From contig NW_005202428.1 of assembly GCF_000372725.1 (NCBI RefSeq), forward strand, positions 2,181,249 to 2,245,248: 64,000 nucleotides of DNA. The letters are read 5' to 3'. Within the stretch, counting starts at the first letter, position 1. The number at the start of each line of letters is the position of its first letter. Below are positions 48,759-61,829 of this stretch, one piece after another. This DNA comes from Emiliania huxleyi CCMP1516 (Eukaryota). The translations under genes were made by a program, and so were the position numbers. The notes below the pieces were generated by a model, which worked only from the letters and a program-made list of their open reading frames with translations, did not search any database and was not told where the DNA came from.

Positions 48759-51399
48759 ATGGAGCCACAACGTCCAGCGGTCGCTCGGAAAGACCACCGG
48801 CTTTCTACCGAGTCCCTCGTCTCCGACAAGGGCGCCCCGCCGCTCTCGGAGGCGGCGGTTCGAGACGTCGCACTACGTATCGACTTGCCTGCGCCGCCCG
48901 CGCCCGCACCGCGGCGCACGAGCGGCCGCGTTGCGAGCGTCGCACCAGAGACCAAGGCGGCTCTCTCGCGCGCCAAGCGGTACGGCCGAGAGGTGCTCGG
49001 TCGGCGCGTGCGAGTCTTCTGGCATGAGGAGCAGACCTGGTACACGGGACGCGTCAAGGACTTCACTGAGGTGCAGCAGGAGCATCTCGTCTTGTACGAC
49101 GATGGCGACTCCCAGTACGAAGCCCTCGGCAAGGCGCGGTGGGAGAGACGCCCTCTCTGCCCCCCCCCCCCCCCTCACCCAATCTCCCTGGCCGCAGATG
49201 GAGGCGCTCGGCCACCTGCAGTGGGAACCGGACGAGGCTGCTGCCGCTGCTCCTGCTGCCAAGCGTGGACGCGCAGACCGGACTAGCGATCCGGCCAAGT
49301 CTGCCACCACTGCCGCCGCCGAGAGGGACCCGCACGAGATTGTGACGGCAATCGTGTGCGACGGCTGCGAGGGCGAGTTCGAGCTGCCAGACGGCATTGT
49401 CGTGCCGGAGGGCGATTGGTCCCCAGCAAGGGTTGCGGGTAGGCGCGGCGGGGACGTCGCGGGAGTCCCTCTGGCGTCTCCCCCTCGTAGGTTCTGCGCT
49501 GCTTGCGCGCCCGCCGCGCCCAAGTCCGCCTCTCCGCCGCGCAAGCGGCCGCGGCAGGGGGCGGCAGAGCCGGCGCCCAAGGCTTCGGCAGCGCCAAAGG
49601 CGACCGCACCCAAGGCGGCGGCGGAGGCGGTGCAGGCGGCGGAGGCGGAGGCGGCGGCTCCGGCGGAGGCGGAGGCGGCGGCTTGGGCGGCGGAGGCGCG
49701 CGTTTGGCGGCTTGCGACCCGCGGCCCGCTCTGCCACGTGCCCACGCTCCTGGAGCACGTGGGACGGGAGTCCGCGCCGGTGGCCGCCGCGGCCGCGGGG
49801 TCGCTTCCGCCGGCCGCCGCCGCAGAGGCAGCTTTGCTCGGCGCTGTCGGTGGCCCTAGATGCGGCGGTAGATGCGAGGGCTGCAGATCTGCGCTGCACA
49901 ACACGCTCCTCGCTCCCCCCCCACCACCCCTGCCCCACCCTCCCTCCCTCTCTTCGCCGCGCAGGCGGGTGGCTCGCTTGCTCCAGCCAAGCTGACAGCG
50001 GTGGTGCGCGCCGCGCTGAGCGGGATGGGGGACGACAGCGACGAGGATAGCGACGACAGCGACGACGGCGGAGGTGGCGGCGGCGGAGGAGGAGGAGGGA
50101 GCGGCGGAGGTGGAGAGGCGTCGAGTGCGCTCGAGCAGCTCGAGCTGTGCCGCCCTGGGAAGCTCGCGACCCTCTCGCTCTCCCTCGGCGCGGCGCGGCT
50201 GCGCATCCCGCCAGAGGCGCTCCCGCACACAACATACGCACGCACGCACGCACACGCTCAGCGCACTCTCAATGCGCTGCGGCGCGCGCGTGCCAAACTA
50301 GCGCGTCGAGACGTCTGCCTCGCCCTGCCTTGCCTCACCCTGCCTGACCTCAGGTGCTCTCGTGGCTCTGGCACGGGGCACTGCAGCCCGCCCGACCTGC
50401 AGCCGCACCTGCTGCGAGCGCGGCCCTCCGGGCGGCGGCTGCGGCGGCGCCGGCGGCGCCGGCGGTGGCAGACACAGCCGCGCGCCACGAGCAGCTCGCG
50501 CCGACGCTGCGGAGTTTGCTCGCCGAGATGGCGCCGGCGCGGGAGGGGGAGGCGGCGGCGGCGGCGGCGGCGCGTTCACACCGGGCGGTGCCTGTCCTCC
50601 GGATCGTCATCGACGCGATGCGCCGCAGCGTGCTCTCTCCCGTCGCTTCGAACGTCGCTTCGAGCGAGGAGGTTGCCGTGGCCGCATGCGCCTGCCTTGC
50701 CAGCACCAACCCGCGCGCTGGCGCGGCGGCGGCCGCGCTGATCGACGCGCTGTGTGCGGCCGGCTCCGAGACAGTTCCGAGCCACTTCCGAGCCATTTCC
50801 AAGACGGTGCCCACGGAGGCGGTGCGTGATGCGGCCGCGGCTGCCTTCACCGCGCTGCCGTGCGCCGTGTCGCGCGGCCGCTTTGTGCGCTCGCTGCGAG
50901 GCCTCTCAGTGGAGGCGGGGTCCGGGCTAGACGCGGAATACCTCACACACCCGCCACCCGAAGCCACTGGAGCCAGCCTCTCGTCTCCACCAGGGCGCAC
51001 CGCACGATCACTCGTACCTAGGCGGGCTTGCTGTGCTCGCTCCTCGAGTCTCCTTCCATCGGCGGAAAGCAGAGCCCCTACTTCGGCGCCGTTGACGGCG
51101 CCGCTGCCTCTGCCACGCTCGCCGAGGCCCTCCCACCGCTGCTGCGGCTGCGGCCGAAGCGGCCCGCCGCCGACGGCGTGCTCATCCTGCAAGGCGCGCT
51201 TCTCTCTTGCGCCGAGGCGCGCGGGCTGCTCGACGGGCGGGGAGAGGGACCCGGCCAGCTGACTGCCACCTCGCGTGCGGCGCTGGCTGCGTCGTGCGGG
51301 GAGCTCGCCGCGTGGGCAGAGCGGCACCGCGCCAGCGGCCACGCCTCTCTCGGCTCTGGCTTTCGGCACGCACAGGCGCGGCTCGCGGGGCCCGAGTAG
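48759..51399 (+). CDS. Chromatin protein with Tudor domain and partial PHD finger, multi-exon
   Basis: LGRRVRVFWHEEQTWYTGRVKDF...HLVLYDDGD (Tudor); IVCDGCEGEF...VPEGDW|FCAAC (PHD-like). Confidence 0.75.
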
Positions 51400-51634
51400 C
51401 TGCCTCGTGTCTCGAGAGAAAGGAATCGTCAAGCGAGTGCAAGCGCTCCCCAAGGCCCACAAAAAACGAGAGTTCGATACTCTGCTTGCTGTACACAGAC
51501 ACACACAACTGCTGAGTTCCTTTGATATTGACCTTTAAAACCTTTTCCTTTGAAAAACAAACGCGCTGGGAGCCGACACACGCGGTGTGCCGGCCGGCGG
51601 GGCAAACGAAAAGGCATGTGATGAAAAGAGGTCT

Positions 51635-52648
51635 TCAAGTAGACGACGAGTTGGCTCGCGCCTCCTCCTCGGCCAAATGGAGGAGCACGTCCGTGCCGAG
51701 CAGCTCGCGCTGCGTCAGTGCGAGCCGGTACATGCCCTTGTACGCGGCAGCGCGCGCGCCGTCGCCCGCGCCCGAGTGCAGCCTCGCGAGCTCCCTCAGG
51801 GTCGCCTGCACCTCTGACTCGACCAGAGGCCACGTCGCCGCCACCTGCGCGCATGGCCCTCCGGTAGGGCGCTCGTCGGCGCCGCCGGTGCGCGCCGGCG
51901 GCACCGCCCCGCCCATGAGGGCCCTGGCGCCATCAGCGGTCGGCGAGCGCGGCGGCATCGGGAATGCGTACAGGCAAAAGATGGCGTGCGTGGCGAACAC
52001 GCAGCGCAGCGCCGCGCGCAGCTCGCACTCGCGGCCAGCGACGGCATCGCCGCCGCCGCCGCCGCCGCCGAGCGCGCGGTGCAGCGACGCGAGGTCGACC
52101 CGCGCCAGCACATGCTCCGCAGGCCGCTCCTGTGGACGTGTCGTGGACGCGTCGGAAACGTCGCCGGCAAACGTCGCGGGCGGTGGGCGTGGGCGTGGGC
52201 AGAGGAGGGGCGGGCCACACAGCACGACTCCGCACCCAAAGAGCGGTATGTGGAGGAGGTGTCTCGGAAGTGTCGCGTGCGCTCTCCTGCTGAGGCAGCA
52301 GTCTCAGCGCCGCCTCGAAGTGCTCCTTCGCGACGACCAAGGAGGCGAGGGCTGCGGCGCTCGCAGATTCGGGCCGGCCCGCCGCAGCGCGCTCTGCCTC
52401 CCGCCGCATCAGCAGACCGAGCCGGTACCGCGCGTCGCCCGCCGCGGCCCGCGCTCCGCACCGCTCCAGCCGCGCAGCCGCCTCCACCATCAGCTTGGAG
52501 GCCGCCGCCGCCGCCTCGGCCGACCGCGGCGCGTACGGAAGCGAATCCTCGAGACGCACCGCCTGCATCAGCTGCGTCCGCCCAACCTCGAGCTCCGCCT
52601 CGATCCACAGCGAATCGCAACCGCCTTCGGCACCGACGACCGCGCCCC

Positions 52649-52695
<47 letters not shown>

Positions 52696-52708
52696 ACGCC
52701 GCCGCCGC

Positions 52709-52741
<33 letters not shown>

Positions 52742-55700
52742 CTCCTTCTTGCCCGGGCAGGTCGTCGCGGGCGGTGCTGGCCAGGCCCTGCGCCTGCTCA
52801 AACGCGGCGACGCACCGCTCAAAGTCCTGCAGCTCCGCCGCAGACATCTCGGAGGGCGCCGGCACCGAGCCGCCCTGCGCTGCCGCCAGCCGGCGCGCCG
52901 CTGCGGGCAGGAGCTCCGAGGAGGCGGCGCCTCCGCCGCCGGCAGAGGCCGGCACGCCGGTTAAGCCCGCGTGGTCGGGCGGCCCGGCCACGTCGAGGCG
53001 CGAGCGCAGTGTGCGCCCGAAGGCGATCGACATGATTGCGGCCGAGCGCGGGTCCGACGTGGAGCGGAAGAGCTCGACACCCTGGTGGTAGTGGCGGCAA
53101 GCCTTCGTGTACCGGTCCGACACGGCGTACAACTCGCCGAGCTGCTCGTACGCCGCGCGTAGCCGTGCGTGCGTGGCGGCGAGCGACGCGGCGGGCACCT
53201 GCGGCACGTACCGACGACGCGACGTCAGATGTGCCATGGGCGTGTGGACGTGTCATGGCGGAAGGCGCCTGCTTGACCGCCGACAGGAAGAAGCCGATGG
53301 CGAGCTTGTAGTTGCCCTCCGCATCGGGCGCAAACGCTACGATCGTCGGCGCGCCGTCGCCGTCGGCCGCCATGGGCGGAGGTGTCGATGCGCCGGGGGA
53401 GGGGCCAGGAGATAGCGCAGGGGACGGCGCCGAGGACGGGGTCCCTCCGCCAGCGACGCTGGATGGGGCTGCCCCCGCCAAGGGCGGCGTCCGGGGCGCG
53501 GGCGCGGGCGCGGCGGCGGGTGCGGGCGCGGCGGCAGGTGCGGGCGCGGCGGCGTCCGCCGCCTCGCGTGCGGGCTCGCTCGCGGTTGGCTCGCCGGCGG
53601 AGGAGCGCAGCACCGCGACGGCCCACGGCGGGATCTGCAACTCGCGGTCCTCGGCGGCGAGGCGCAGCTCCTCCGCATGCCTGTTGGCGACATTCACCGA
53701 GCGTCACGGGGCAGTCGGTCAGTTCGCTCAAGAGGCGCGCTTCGCGTGCCGGGCGAGCGCCGCGCGCGCCGCCGCCGGCTCGGACGCGGCCGCTTGGTCG
53801 GCGACGAGGCGGCACGCGTCGGCGAGGGTCACGAGCCTGTAGGTGGAGACAAGTGGGGCGGACACCCGTGAGCCAAGTGGGGCCGAGACCAGTGGGGTGG
53901 GAGGGGAGGACGAGTCACACGGCGCCGGCAGCCCCTCGACGCGTGGCGCTTGTTCGTGGAGCATGCGCGAGACTGCGTGCCCGCTGCATGGCGGCCGTCA
54001 GGGCGTGGCTATGTCTTCCCCATCTACGCCCACGCGCAGAAAGCCACGCTCCCCCGCCGTGGCGACGGGCGGAGCCGCCCGCTGCCCTTGAGGAGAGAGC
54101 GCGATCACAGGCGCGCGCAGCGCGGCGTGCGCGCGCGCCGCGCGCCGTAGTGTCGCCACTGCACGGCCGTATCGACCGGCGAGGACGTAGCGGCGCGCCG
54201 TCGCCAGCTCGGCGCGGCCAAGCTTGGCGATGATGCGGAGGAGGCGCGGCGGCGCGGCGCCGGGCCGGCAGACGCCGCGCAGCGCGCCGATGCCGGCGAT
54301 GAGCTCGCGCGCTGCCGAGCGGTGCGCCGCGATGGCGGCGAGGGCCGCCTAGCCAGCAGTCACGGTCGGGCTCCATCCGAGAGACCTCCGGGATGCGGCC
54401 CGCGAAGACGGCCAGTACGACCTCCGACGGACCGTCGCCGTGGCGGGGCGGCTCGAGCGCGCCGCCGGCCGAAGGGAGGGGCTCTAGCTGGTGGGCCTCG
54501 AGGAGGTGCGAGTCGGCGAGGCCCTCGTGCGCCGCTGCCGCGAGGGGCAGCTGCGCCCTCCCTGGCTCCGACTGCTCGAGCAGCCGCACGCACGAGCGGA
54601 GCAGGCTGCGGCGGCGGGCCGCCTCCGGCCGGCTGGACGGAGAGAGGCGCTCCGCCATCCTCCAGCAGAGGAGCGCCACCTGCATCACAAGTGGACCCAC
54701 TCAGTCAAGTGGTCGCCTCAGCCACCCCGCGCGCAGAGGAGCGCCACCGGCTCCGCAAACGGGTGCGCCGCCGCCTCGTCGTCTTTGTCGAACCCGATCC
54801 CCTCCTCCTCGCCGCCCTCGCTCCCGCTCTCACTCCCGCCCTCGCTCCCGCCGACCGACCCGCCGCCGCCGGCCGACCCGCCGCCGCCAGCCGACCCGCC
54901 GCTGCGGGCAGCGGCGGCGGCATCAGCGGCGGCGTCCGGCTCCGGCTCGCCCAGCTCCAGCACGCTGATGTCGTACAGCTCGAGCTCTTGCCCGCCGTCG
55001 CGCCGGACGAGCCAGTAAGTTGCCGCCTCGCGCGTGCAGTGCTGCTGAAGGAAGCGGAGCACCTGCACGGGGGTGGCGAAGAACGGACGTCCGCCGAGTC
55101 CGCCGGTCCGCCGAGGCTCGCTGCAGGGCACGGAGCACCGACACGGCGCAGGAGGAGACGGCAGCCGGGGAGAACCCGCCGTCTGTGCAGATGCCGCCGC
55201 CAGCAGGGAGCGAGTCTGTCGGCACCGCCCGGTATCCCTGCACCACACCGCCGTTGTGCAGGCAGATGCCGACCTCCGACGAGGAGGACATGACGGCGTC
55301 GAGCCAGTAGTCGAGGCAGACCAGCGAAGTGACGTCCGAACGCGCGTCGTGCAGGGCGACTGAGACGCCCGACGCTGCGTAGCCGGCCTACACGTGTCCG
55401 TCCAATCCCAGCTCCTCCCGGGCAGTCTCGCCGAGCTCGCCCGACGCGGCGGCCGCTCGCCGACGAGTGCGACGTGTCGATCGAGGCGGCGCCGCCCGGC
55501 CCGTCGTGCCTGCAGATGAGCGTGTCCGACCCGAGCAGCACCTGGAAGAGATCGGTGTGAGGGATGGAAGAGGAGGCGTGTCAGCAGCGTGCCCGGCCCG
55601 CGCGGCACCGAGAGGCCGCCCAGCTGCCACCGCACCACGCGGCGGAAGCCGCGCGGCGCCTCCTTGTCCGGCATCCACTCCTCCACGTCCGAGTCCGACT

Positions 55701-56780
55701 CCTCTCCTCCGACTCCGCCGCCGCCGCCTGCCCCACCACCAGCCCCACCACCAGCCCCACCACCAGCCCCGCCCCCGCCGCCGCCGCCGCCACCGCCGCC
55801 ACCGCCGCCGCCGTCTCCACCGCCGCTGCCGCCGCCGGGCCCGCCACTGCCAGCGTCCTCGCCGCCGTCGCTGCCGCTCCCGCCGCCGCCGGCCGCCGCC
55901 ACGGAGTACGTGAGGAAGCGGGAGTGGTGGGCCTGCAGCCGCCGCCACCGCCGAGAGGGTGCCGAGAGGGTGCGAGAGGTGGCCGAGAGGTGGCCGCGAG
56001 GTGGCCGAGAGGTGGCCGAGAGGTGGCCGAGAGGTGGAGTGGCGGGCCTTGCGCTGCAGCACCATCCGCTGCGGCTCCGGCTCGTCCGCAGAGGAGGCGG
56101 CCTCGTCCCCGGCCGGCCGCAGCGGCGGGTCGAGCTCGAGGCCCTCGAGGACGAGGCAGTCTCCGACGCGGTGCACGGCCAGCGAGACGGCCGCCTAGGC
56201 CGGCTCGAGGAGGGCTCGAGACGGGTTCCGGGAGGGCGACATGGTGCGCCGGCCGAGCCGCCTCGGTGTGCAGCAGCTTGAAGAAGGCCTTCATGTTGTC
56301 CGCCGGCGCGATGACGTCCACCCCGTCCGCGTACTCCACCAGCGACGACGAGCGCAGCTCGCGCGGCACCGGAGGCGGCCTGATGCGGTGTGCGGCGGCG
56401 CGGCGCGACTCCGCCTTCCGCCGCCGGACGTCGCGCTCGGCGTGGCTAGCGCGGCGCTCCTCGACACGCAAGACGCCGTCTCCGTTGAGCGCGCTCCCCG
56501 CGCTGAGCTTGGGCAGCCCAAGCAGCTCGACCGCCGCCGCCGCGGAGAGCGCCGACGCCGCCGATGCGTCGACCGCCGGGTCGGCGGCGGGAGGCGGCGG
56601 CGGGAGACGCCGCAGCACTGGCCTGGCCGCGCCGTCGGCCAGCAGCAGCGGCGGCGCCGGTGGCGCCACCTCCCGTCCAGCCGGAGACGCAGGCAGCAGC
56701 AGCCGCGCCCGCGGTCGCGCGTCGCGCCGGAGCTCGAGGGTGCGCAGGCTCCGCTCGACGGCGTCCTCCTCAGGATGCAT
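51635..56780 (-). CDS. EDRF1: Erythroid differentiation-related factor 1 homolog, about 11 exons
   Basis: VDVIAPADNMKAFFKL, VHRVGDCLVLE, LLGSDTLI, CLDYWLDAVM...CLHNGGVVQGY, VLRFLQQHCTREAATYWL...LELYDIS. Confidence 0.88.
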
Positions 56781-57238
56781 ACACACACGTATGTCAGTAA
56801 GGCGGCGCGCGAGCGGATTTTTCTTTTTAAAGTTTTCAACAAACGAAGTCGCATGTAGTCCCCACAAACGCTGTCCCTGCATTCTTTATTTTTTCTCTTT
56901 CAGCCGGCTCGGGTTCGAGTTCTGAGGCTGTGAGGCTGTCCATGCTCGGTGGATCTGTCTTGTCCACCGACATGACATGACAGAGTGTCCCTTGTAATGC
57001 GAGAGAGTGCTTTTAGGTTGGGTAGGAAGGTGAAAAGAGCGCGTTGTGTTGTGTCTCTGTCTGCAGTGTGCGCTGTCATTCTCTCTTTCCGGAGAGGCCA
57101 TTTGACTTGAGCCGCCTGCAACCTGCAACCGGCAGGTAGGGCCGCCCCCTCGCCCCGTCGCCCCGTCGCCCCCTCTCCACCGCCTTCGTCCGTCCTTGCC
57201 CGCCCTCACAACTGCACGCCTTCCCCTCCGCCGCAGCA

Positions 57239-59364
57239 ATGGACTCTTTTTGGATGGACGCTTCGAGTCCCCCGAAGCCGTCGCAGGAGGCGGAGCTGCC
57301 GCCGCCGCCGACGCCGGAGCAGATTGAGGCGGACCGCGCCGCAAAGGCCGAGGCCGCCCGCCGCGAGAGCATATCCGGCGCCTCAAAGTGCGAGGCGGTC
57401 GTCAAACAGACCGCCGACGCGGCGCGGCAGAAAGCCGAGGCCGCTGCCGCCGAGGCGGCCCAGCAGCGGGCCGCCGAGGCCGCCGAGGAGGCGGCGAAGG
57501 AGGCCGCGGCCGCCTCCGCGGCCGCGGATGCGGAGGCGGAGCGGGCGGCGAAGGCGCAGCAGGCGATCGACGAGGCAACGCGCAAGGCGGAGATGATTCG
57601 GGCCGAGGCAGAGCGCGCCAAAGCGGAGCGCGAGGCGCAGGCGAGACAGCAGGCGGAGCGTGAGGCGGCCGATCGCGCCGCGGCGGCGGAGGCGGCTCGG
57701 CTGGCCGCCGCGGAGGCTGCGAGGCTCCAGGCGGAGCGGGAGGCTGCCATCGCCGCAGCACAGAAGGCGGAGGAGGAGGCGGCGGCGCGGGCGGCGGCGG
57801 AGAAGGCGGCGGCGGAGAAGGCGGGGCCGAAGAGAGGGGGCGGCGGCGGCTCGAGGTCGTCCGAGATGACCCCCCGCGTTGCCTCCGGAAGTAGGCGGCC
57901 GCTGAGGAGGAGCAGCGGCGGATCGCCGAGGAGGAGGCCGCCGCCGCCGCCGCGCAGGCGGAGGCCGAGGCGCAGGCGGCGCTGGCGCAGGTCAAGTCGG
58001 AGGCGGCGCAGGCGGAGGCGGGCTTGGCGGCGGAGGCCGAGGCCGAGGCGGCGGCGTCGCGCGGCGCGGCGGAGAAGCTGAGCAAGGCCGCGGCCAAGGG
58101 GTCCGACGCCAAGAGCAAGGCGCTCGAGCCTGGATGCAGACTCCGGACCCCGTGTACTGCACGCCGCTGCATTCGCTGTACTCGTAGCCCCCGACTTCAC
58201 GCGGTGCTCACACGGCGCGAGACCCTGCTCCCGCCCCGACTCGTCGTGTGCTCGACGCGCAGGCGCTCGAGTCCGCCCGGAAGGAGGAGAAGAAGGCGGC
58301 CGACAAGGCGGCCAAGCTGCGCGCGGAGCTCCTCACCGCGGAGGAGGCGCTCGCGGCGGCGACCGCGGTGGCTGAACCCCCCAGCCCCCTCCCGCCCCAC
58401 CCCTCGCCGCCGCGCGCACACACCCCTTCCCGGCCCTTCTTCCGCCGCCCGCCCGCCGCGACCACGCGCCGCGCTGTCCTCTCCCGACCTCCCCACGCCC
58501 CCCCCGCCGCAGGACACCGCCACCGCCGAGGTGGAGGCGCGCGTCGCCGGGGACGAGGCGACGGCGCAGGCGGCGGCGCTGCAGGCGCCGCCAGTCGTAG
58601 AGAGCTCACGCCAGGCCCTCTGCGCTGCAGCTGGCACTCCTGCAGCTGGCACTCGGAGCCCACTCGCGAGTCCACGCCGCTCCGCCCTCGCCCGTCGCCG
58701 CAGTCGCCCGTCGCTTGTTCGCGCGTGCAGTGCGCGACACTCTCACACGCGGTCTGACTTCGCGCCCTCACACTGCAGGCTCGCGACGCTAAGCTGCAGA
58801 CGGCGGCGGCGCTCGCTGCGGACAAGGCGGCCGCCGCCGCTGCGGCAGAGGCCGAGGCGACGGAGAAGCGGCTTGTCGCCTTCCCCGAGGAGGCGCGGAC
58901 TCCGCCACACCTCCCCACAACCGCCCCATGTCTGTGCCCCCCTTGCCGAGGGGGGGGAGGAGCCCAGTCTCTGCCCCCCCTCCAGACCCCTCCCCCTCTC
59001 TCTTTCCCCCCCGGGGCAGGCGAAGAAGAAGAGCCCCGCCAAGGGGAAGAGCCCGCCCGCCGGCAAGAAGGTGCGAGAGATGCGGCTGAGATCCGCTGTG
59101 TGGGGAGAGAGGGGGGGGGGGTGTTGCCTCACCTCGACCGTCTCCCTCCCAAAGGGCAAGAAGGGCAAGACGCCAGTGGCGGGCAAGAAGGGGCGCGCTT
59201 CGACGGAGCCGGAGCCGGAGCCAGACGAGCCGGCGGCGCCCGAGCCGGCGGCGGAGGAGGCGCCCGTCTCGAAGGAGAAGCCGAAGCGCGGCCGCCCCAG
59301 CGCCGAGAAGGAGGAGAAGCCGGAGGCGAAGCGCGGCCGCCGCGCCACACGCGGCGGCGCCTGA
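57239..59364 (+). CDS. Ala/Glu/Lys-rich coiled-coil protein with a C-terminal AT-hook-like motif, multi-exon
   Basis: Long EAAA/AEK coiled coil across spliceable exons; PKRGRPS and KRGRR at the end. Confidence 0.65.
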
Positions 59365-60417
59365 CGGCTCTGCGGCACCCAAGCGCAGCCCCACGGCCGT
59401 CGGCTCTGCGGCCGGGGCCTCCGGCGGCTCCTCGCCTGAGCGCCTACGTCGCTTGGAGGGGAGGGGAGGAGTCCGCTGCTGCACGCACAGTGCGGGGAGG
59501 GTCGAGACATGCCAGTCGAATCATGCCCCGCGCTCGATCTACGAGCGCGCGGGCTGCGTCGAGAGGCTGCGCCATAGACAGCATGCGGGAGACTGAGGGG
59601 ACTCTGCATGAGAGGAGGGGACGCCCTCGAAGTACTTGTGTCATCGTCGAGCGAGTCAGTAAGTGGGAGTGGGTGTCCGGCCGCTGTACTGTTCTTCACT
59701 GCATGGGTGTCCGTCCGTTGCAGCGCCACATGAGACGTCCGAGTCGAGTGTGTGGCTGTGGGTCTGTGGACTGTGCAGACTCAGGGAACACAATACACAA
59801 AACCGTGTGTGCCACACCTTCACCGTATGTGCGGTGCCTTCGCGGGCGTTCGGGGGAGGTAAATTGGCTTTTTTTGTTCGGTTTGTTTGTTCGGGTTACT
59901 TCAGCTCCGTGTAACTTGGGAGCGGTGTGCGGTGAGCGCGGTGTGTGTGCGCGCGTGTGTGCTGTGTGGAGAGTGTGGCGAGTGTGGTCCTCGGACCTCG
60001 CTTGACGCTTCACGCTTGCTCGCTCGTCCCGCTCCACTCTCCAGTCTGTCCAGACAGACTCCACACACCACGCTCCACGCACCACGGGATCGGGGGACGG
60101 GACGGGGGGGGGGGGGCTGGCGCGGTCTTCGGAGGCCGGAGCGCGGGGTGTCGCGAGAGCGTGTCACCCGGTGACCAGCCGGTGACGGGGACTCGGCGAG
60201 GACTGACGTGTGTGTGCTGCGTGTGTGACTGACGAGTGACAGTGACCCACGTCACCAGGCCGGCGCTGATACACCATACTATGACCATCTGTGTTGGAAC
60301 ACTCCGTCGCCGACCTGGCACCTGTACAAGACACCTGTCTCCTGTGTTGTCGACCCTCGAAAAGTAAGAAAGAATTTTACAACCAAACTCCCTCGGCCTC
60401 GCACGCTGAGCCCTGTG

Positions 60418-60590
60418 GCTGTCAGGCTGTCAGGTGCTGTCAGGTGATCTGTCGGGCTGTCGGGCAGCTGTCAGGCACTGTCAGGTGCCTCTGTCAGACC
60501 ACAGCTGTCGGGTGCTGTCAGTGCTGTCGGGTGCTGTCGGGCATTGTCAGGCGCTGTCCGGGGTTTGCTGTCAGGCATTGTCAGGCGCTG
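60418..60590. repeat. Tandem repeat of (C/T)TGTC(A/G)GG units
   Basis: About 15 degenerate 7-11 nt units. Confidence 0.9.
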
Positions 60591-60755
60591 CCCCGTCATC
60601 CTCTGCCTCGTCGCTCTCCTCGGCCTTTCTGTCAACCATAACCTACTTCCGCTTTTCTCTTGGTTTAAATTCTTTCGGTCGGCGGGCTAGTTCCTCCTTT
60701 ACGGCCCAGGGGGCTCACGCGGCGCCTCGCCTTGTGGGTTTATCCTCTTGAGTCC

Positions 60756-61829
60756 ATGGCGAGTCAGCGACTCGCACCTCGACGTACCAGGCGGAGCAGT
60801 ACCTCAGGTGCTGACGAATGGCTGTTACCCACGCCCGATGGTTTGCTCAGAGGGGCTAGCGTCGGCTTGAGGAGCACCGGGCGGCTGCGTGGGCGATGGG
60901 TCCCTGGCCCGCCTCCGGACGGCTGGAGGTGGGAGCCGGCGAGAGCTCAGGCGGACGTGGCTGGCCGCTGGCTCCTCTTCATCGGGGACTCGAGAGGCCG
61001 CATCGCCTATGCTGCCGCGGTGGCCCGCGACGCCGGCGAAACACCGCCAGGCTGGCCTGTGCATCGGGTGGCGGCCGGCGACGAGTGCGAGCCGCATGGG
61101 TGGGACGCGGATGGCAACGAGAGGTGGGGCTACTACAGCGCGGGCTGCATGTCGCGCTGGAAGGGCGGCTGTCTCGACGACCACCGCGGGAGGAACGTCC
61201 GCAAGGTGTGCGCTCTCGACTACGTGTCCAAGACGCGGTACACCTTTGTGTGGCACTCGCTGAACACGAAGCTGCACATGCGCTCGATGCTGAGCCGGGT
61301 GCACAAGCTCGTCTCCGAGGCTTCCGCGCCACCGGACGCCGTCTTCCTCTCGACCGGCCTCTGGGACATGCAGATGGCCTCTGCACACCTCGTGTGCCCG
61401 CGGATGCACCTCGTCCTGCAAGCCCTGCGCGCCGAGCTACCGCGCACGCAGATCGCGCTCCTCGGCTTCGCGCCGTGTCCGGAGTGCCCGCTGGATCACG
61501 ACCGCTCCTGCTACCACTGGGGCAGGCGCCGCTCCAAGCTCACCGATCTGATGGCCGGCGGGGAGGCGTGCGGCCTGAACGCCACCCGCGCCGCCGACGC
61601 GTCCTACCTCGATGTGGGCAAGATCACGGGCTCGCTCCCAAACATGCGCTCGAGCCCGTGCGGCACGGTGCACTTGTTCGGCGCCGGGTCCGAAGGCGTC
61701 ATCTCGCAGTGGTACGCCTCGCTGGCCGGACTGCCGCAGGCGACAACGCAGCCAGTCCGGCTGCCGAACGCCACTGAGCTGCGGCAGTTCTGGTCGCCAG
61801 GCACGTACAGGATGCAGGCGGCGCCATGA
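60756..61829 (+). CDS. SGNH/PC-esterase-like (TBL/Cas1p-type) protein, intronless
   Basis: WLLFIGDSRGR (GDS motif), PDAVFLSTGLWD, YLDV and C-terminal GTVH (variant of DxxH). Confidence 0.75.
   Translation: MASQRLAPRRTRRSSTSGADEWLLPTPDGLLRGASVGLRSTGRLRGRWVPGPPPDGWRWEPARAQADVAGRWLLFIGDSRGRIAYAAAVARDAGETPPGWPVHRVAAGDECEPHGWDADGNERWGYYSAGCMSRWKGGCLDDHRGRNVRKVCALDYVSKTRYTFVWHSLNTKLHMRSMLSRVHKLVSEASAPPDAVFLSTGLWDMQMASAHLVCPRMHLVLQALRAELPRTQIALLGFAPCPECPLDHDRSCYHWGRRRSKLTDLMAGGEACGLNATRAADASYLDVGKITGSLPNMRSSPCGTVHLFGAGSEGVISQWYASLAGLPQATTQPVRLPNATELRQFWSPGTYRMQAAP

Noticed and set aside
57239..58081. Bacterial TolA-like protein / horizontal transfer
   Set aside because: Similarity is only low-complexity Ala/Glu/Lys composition, and the gene has spliceosomal introns.
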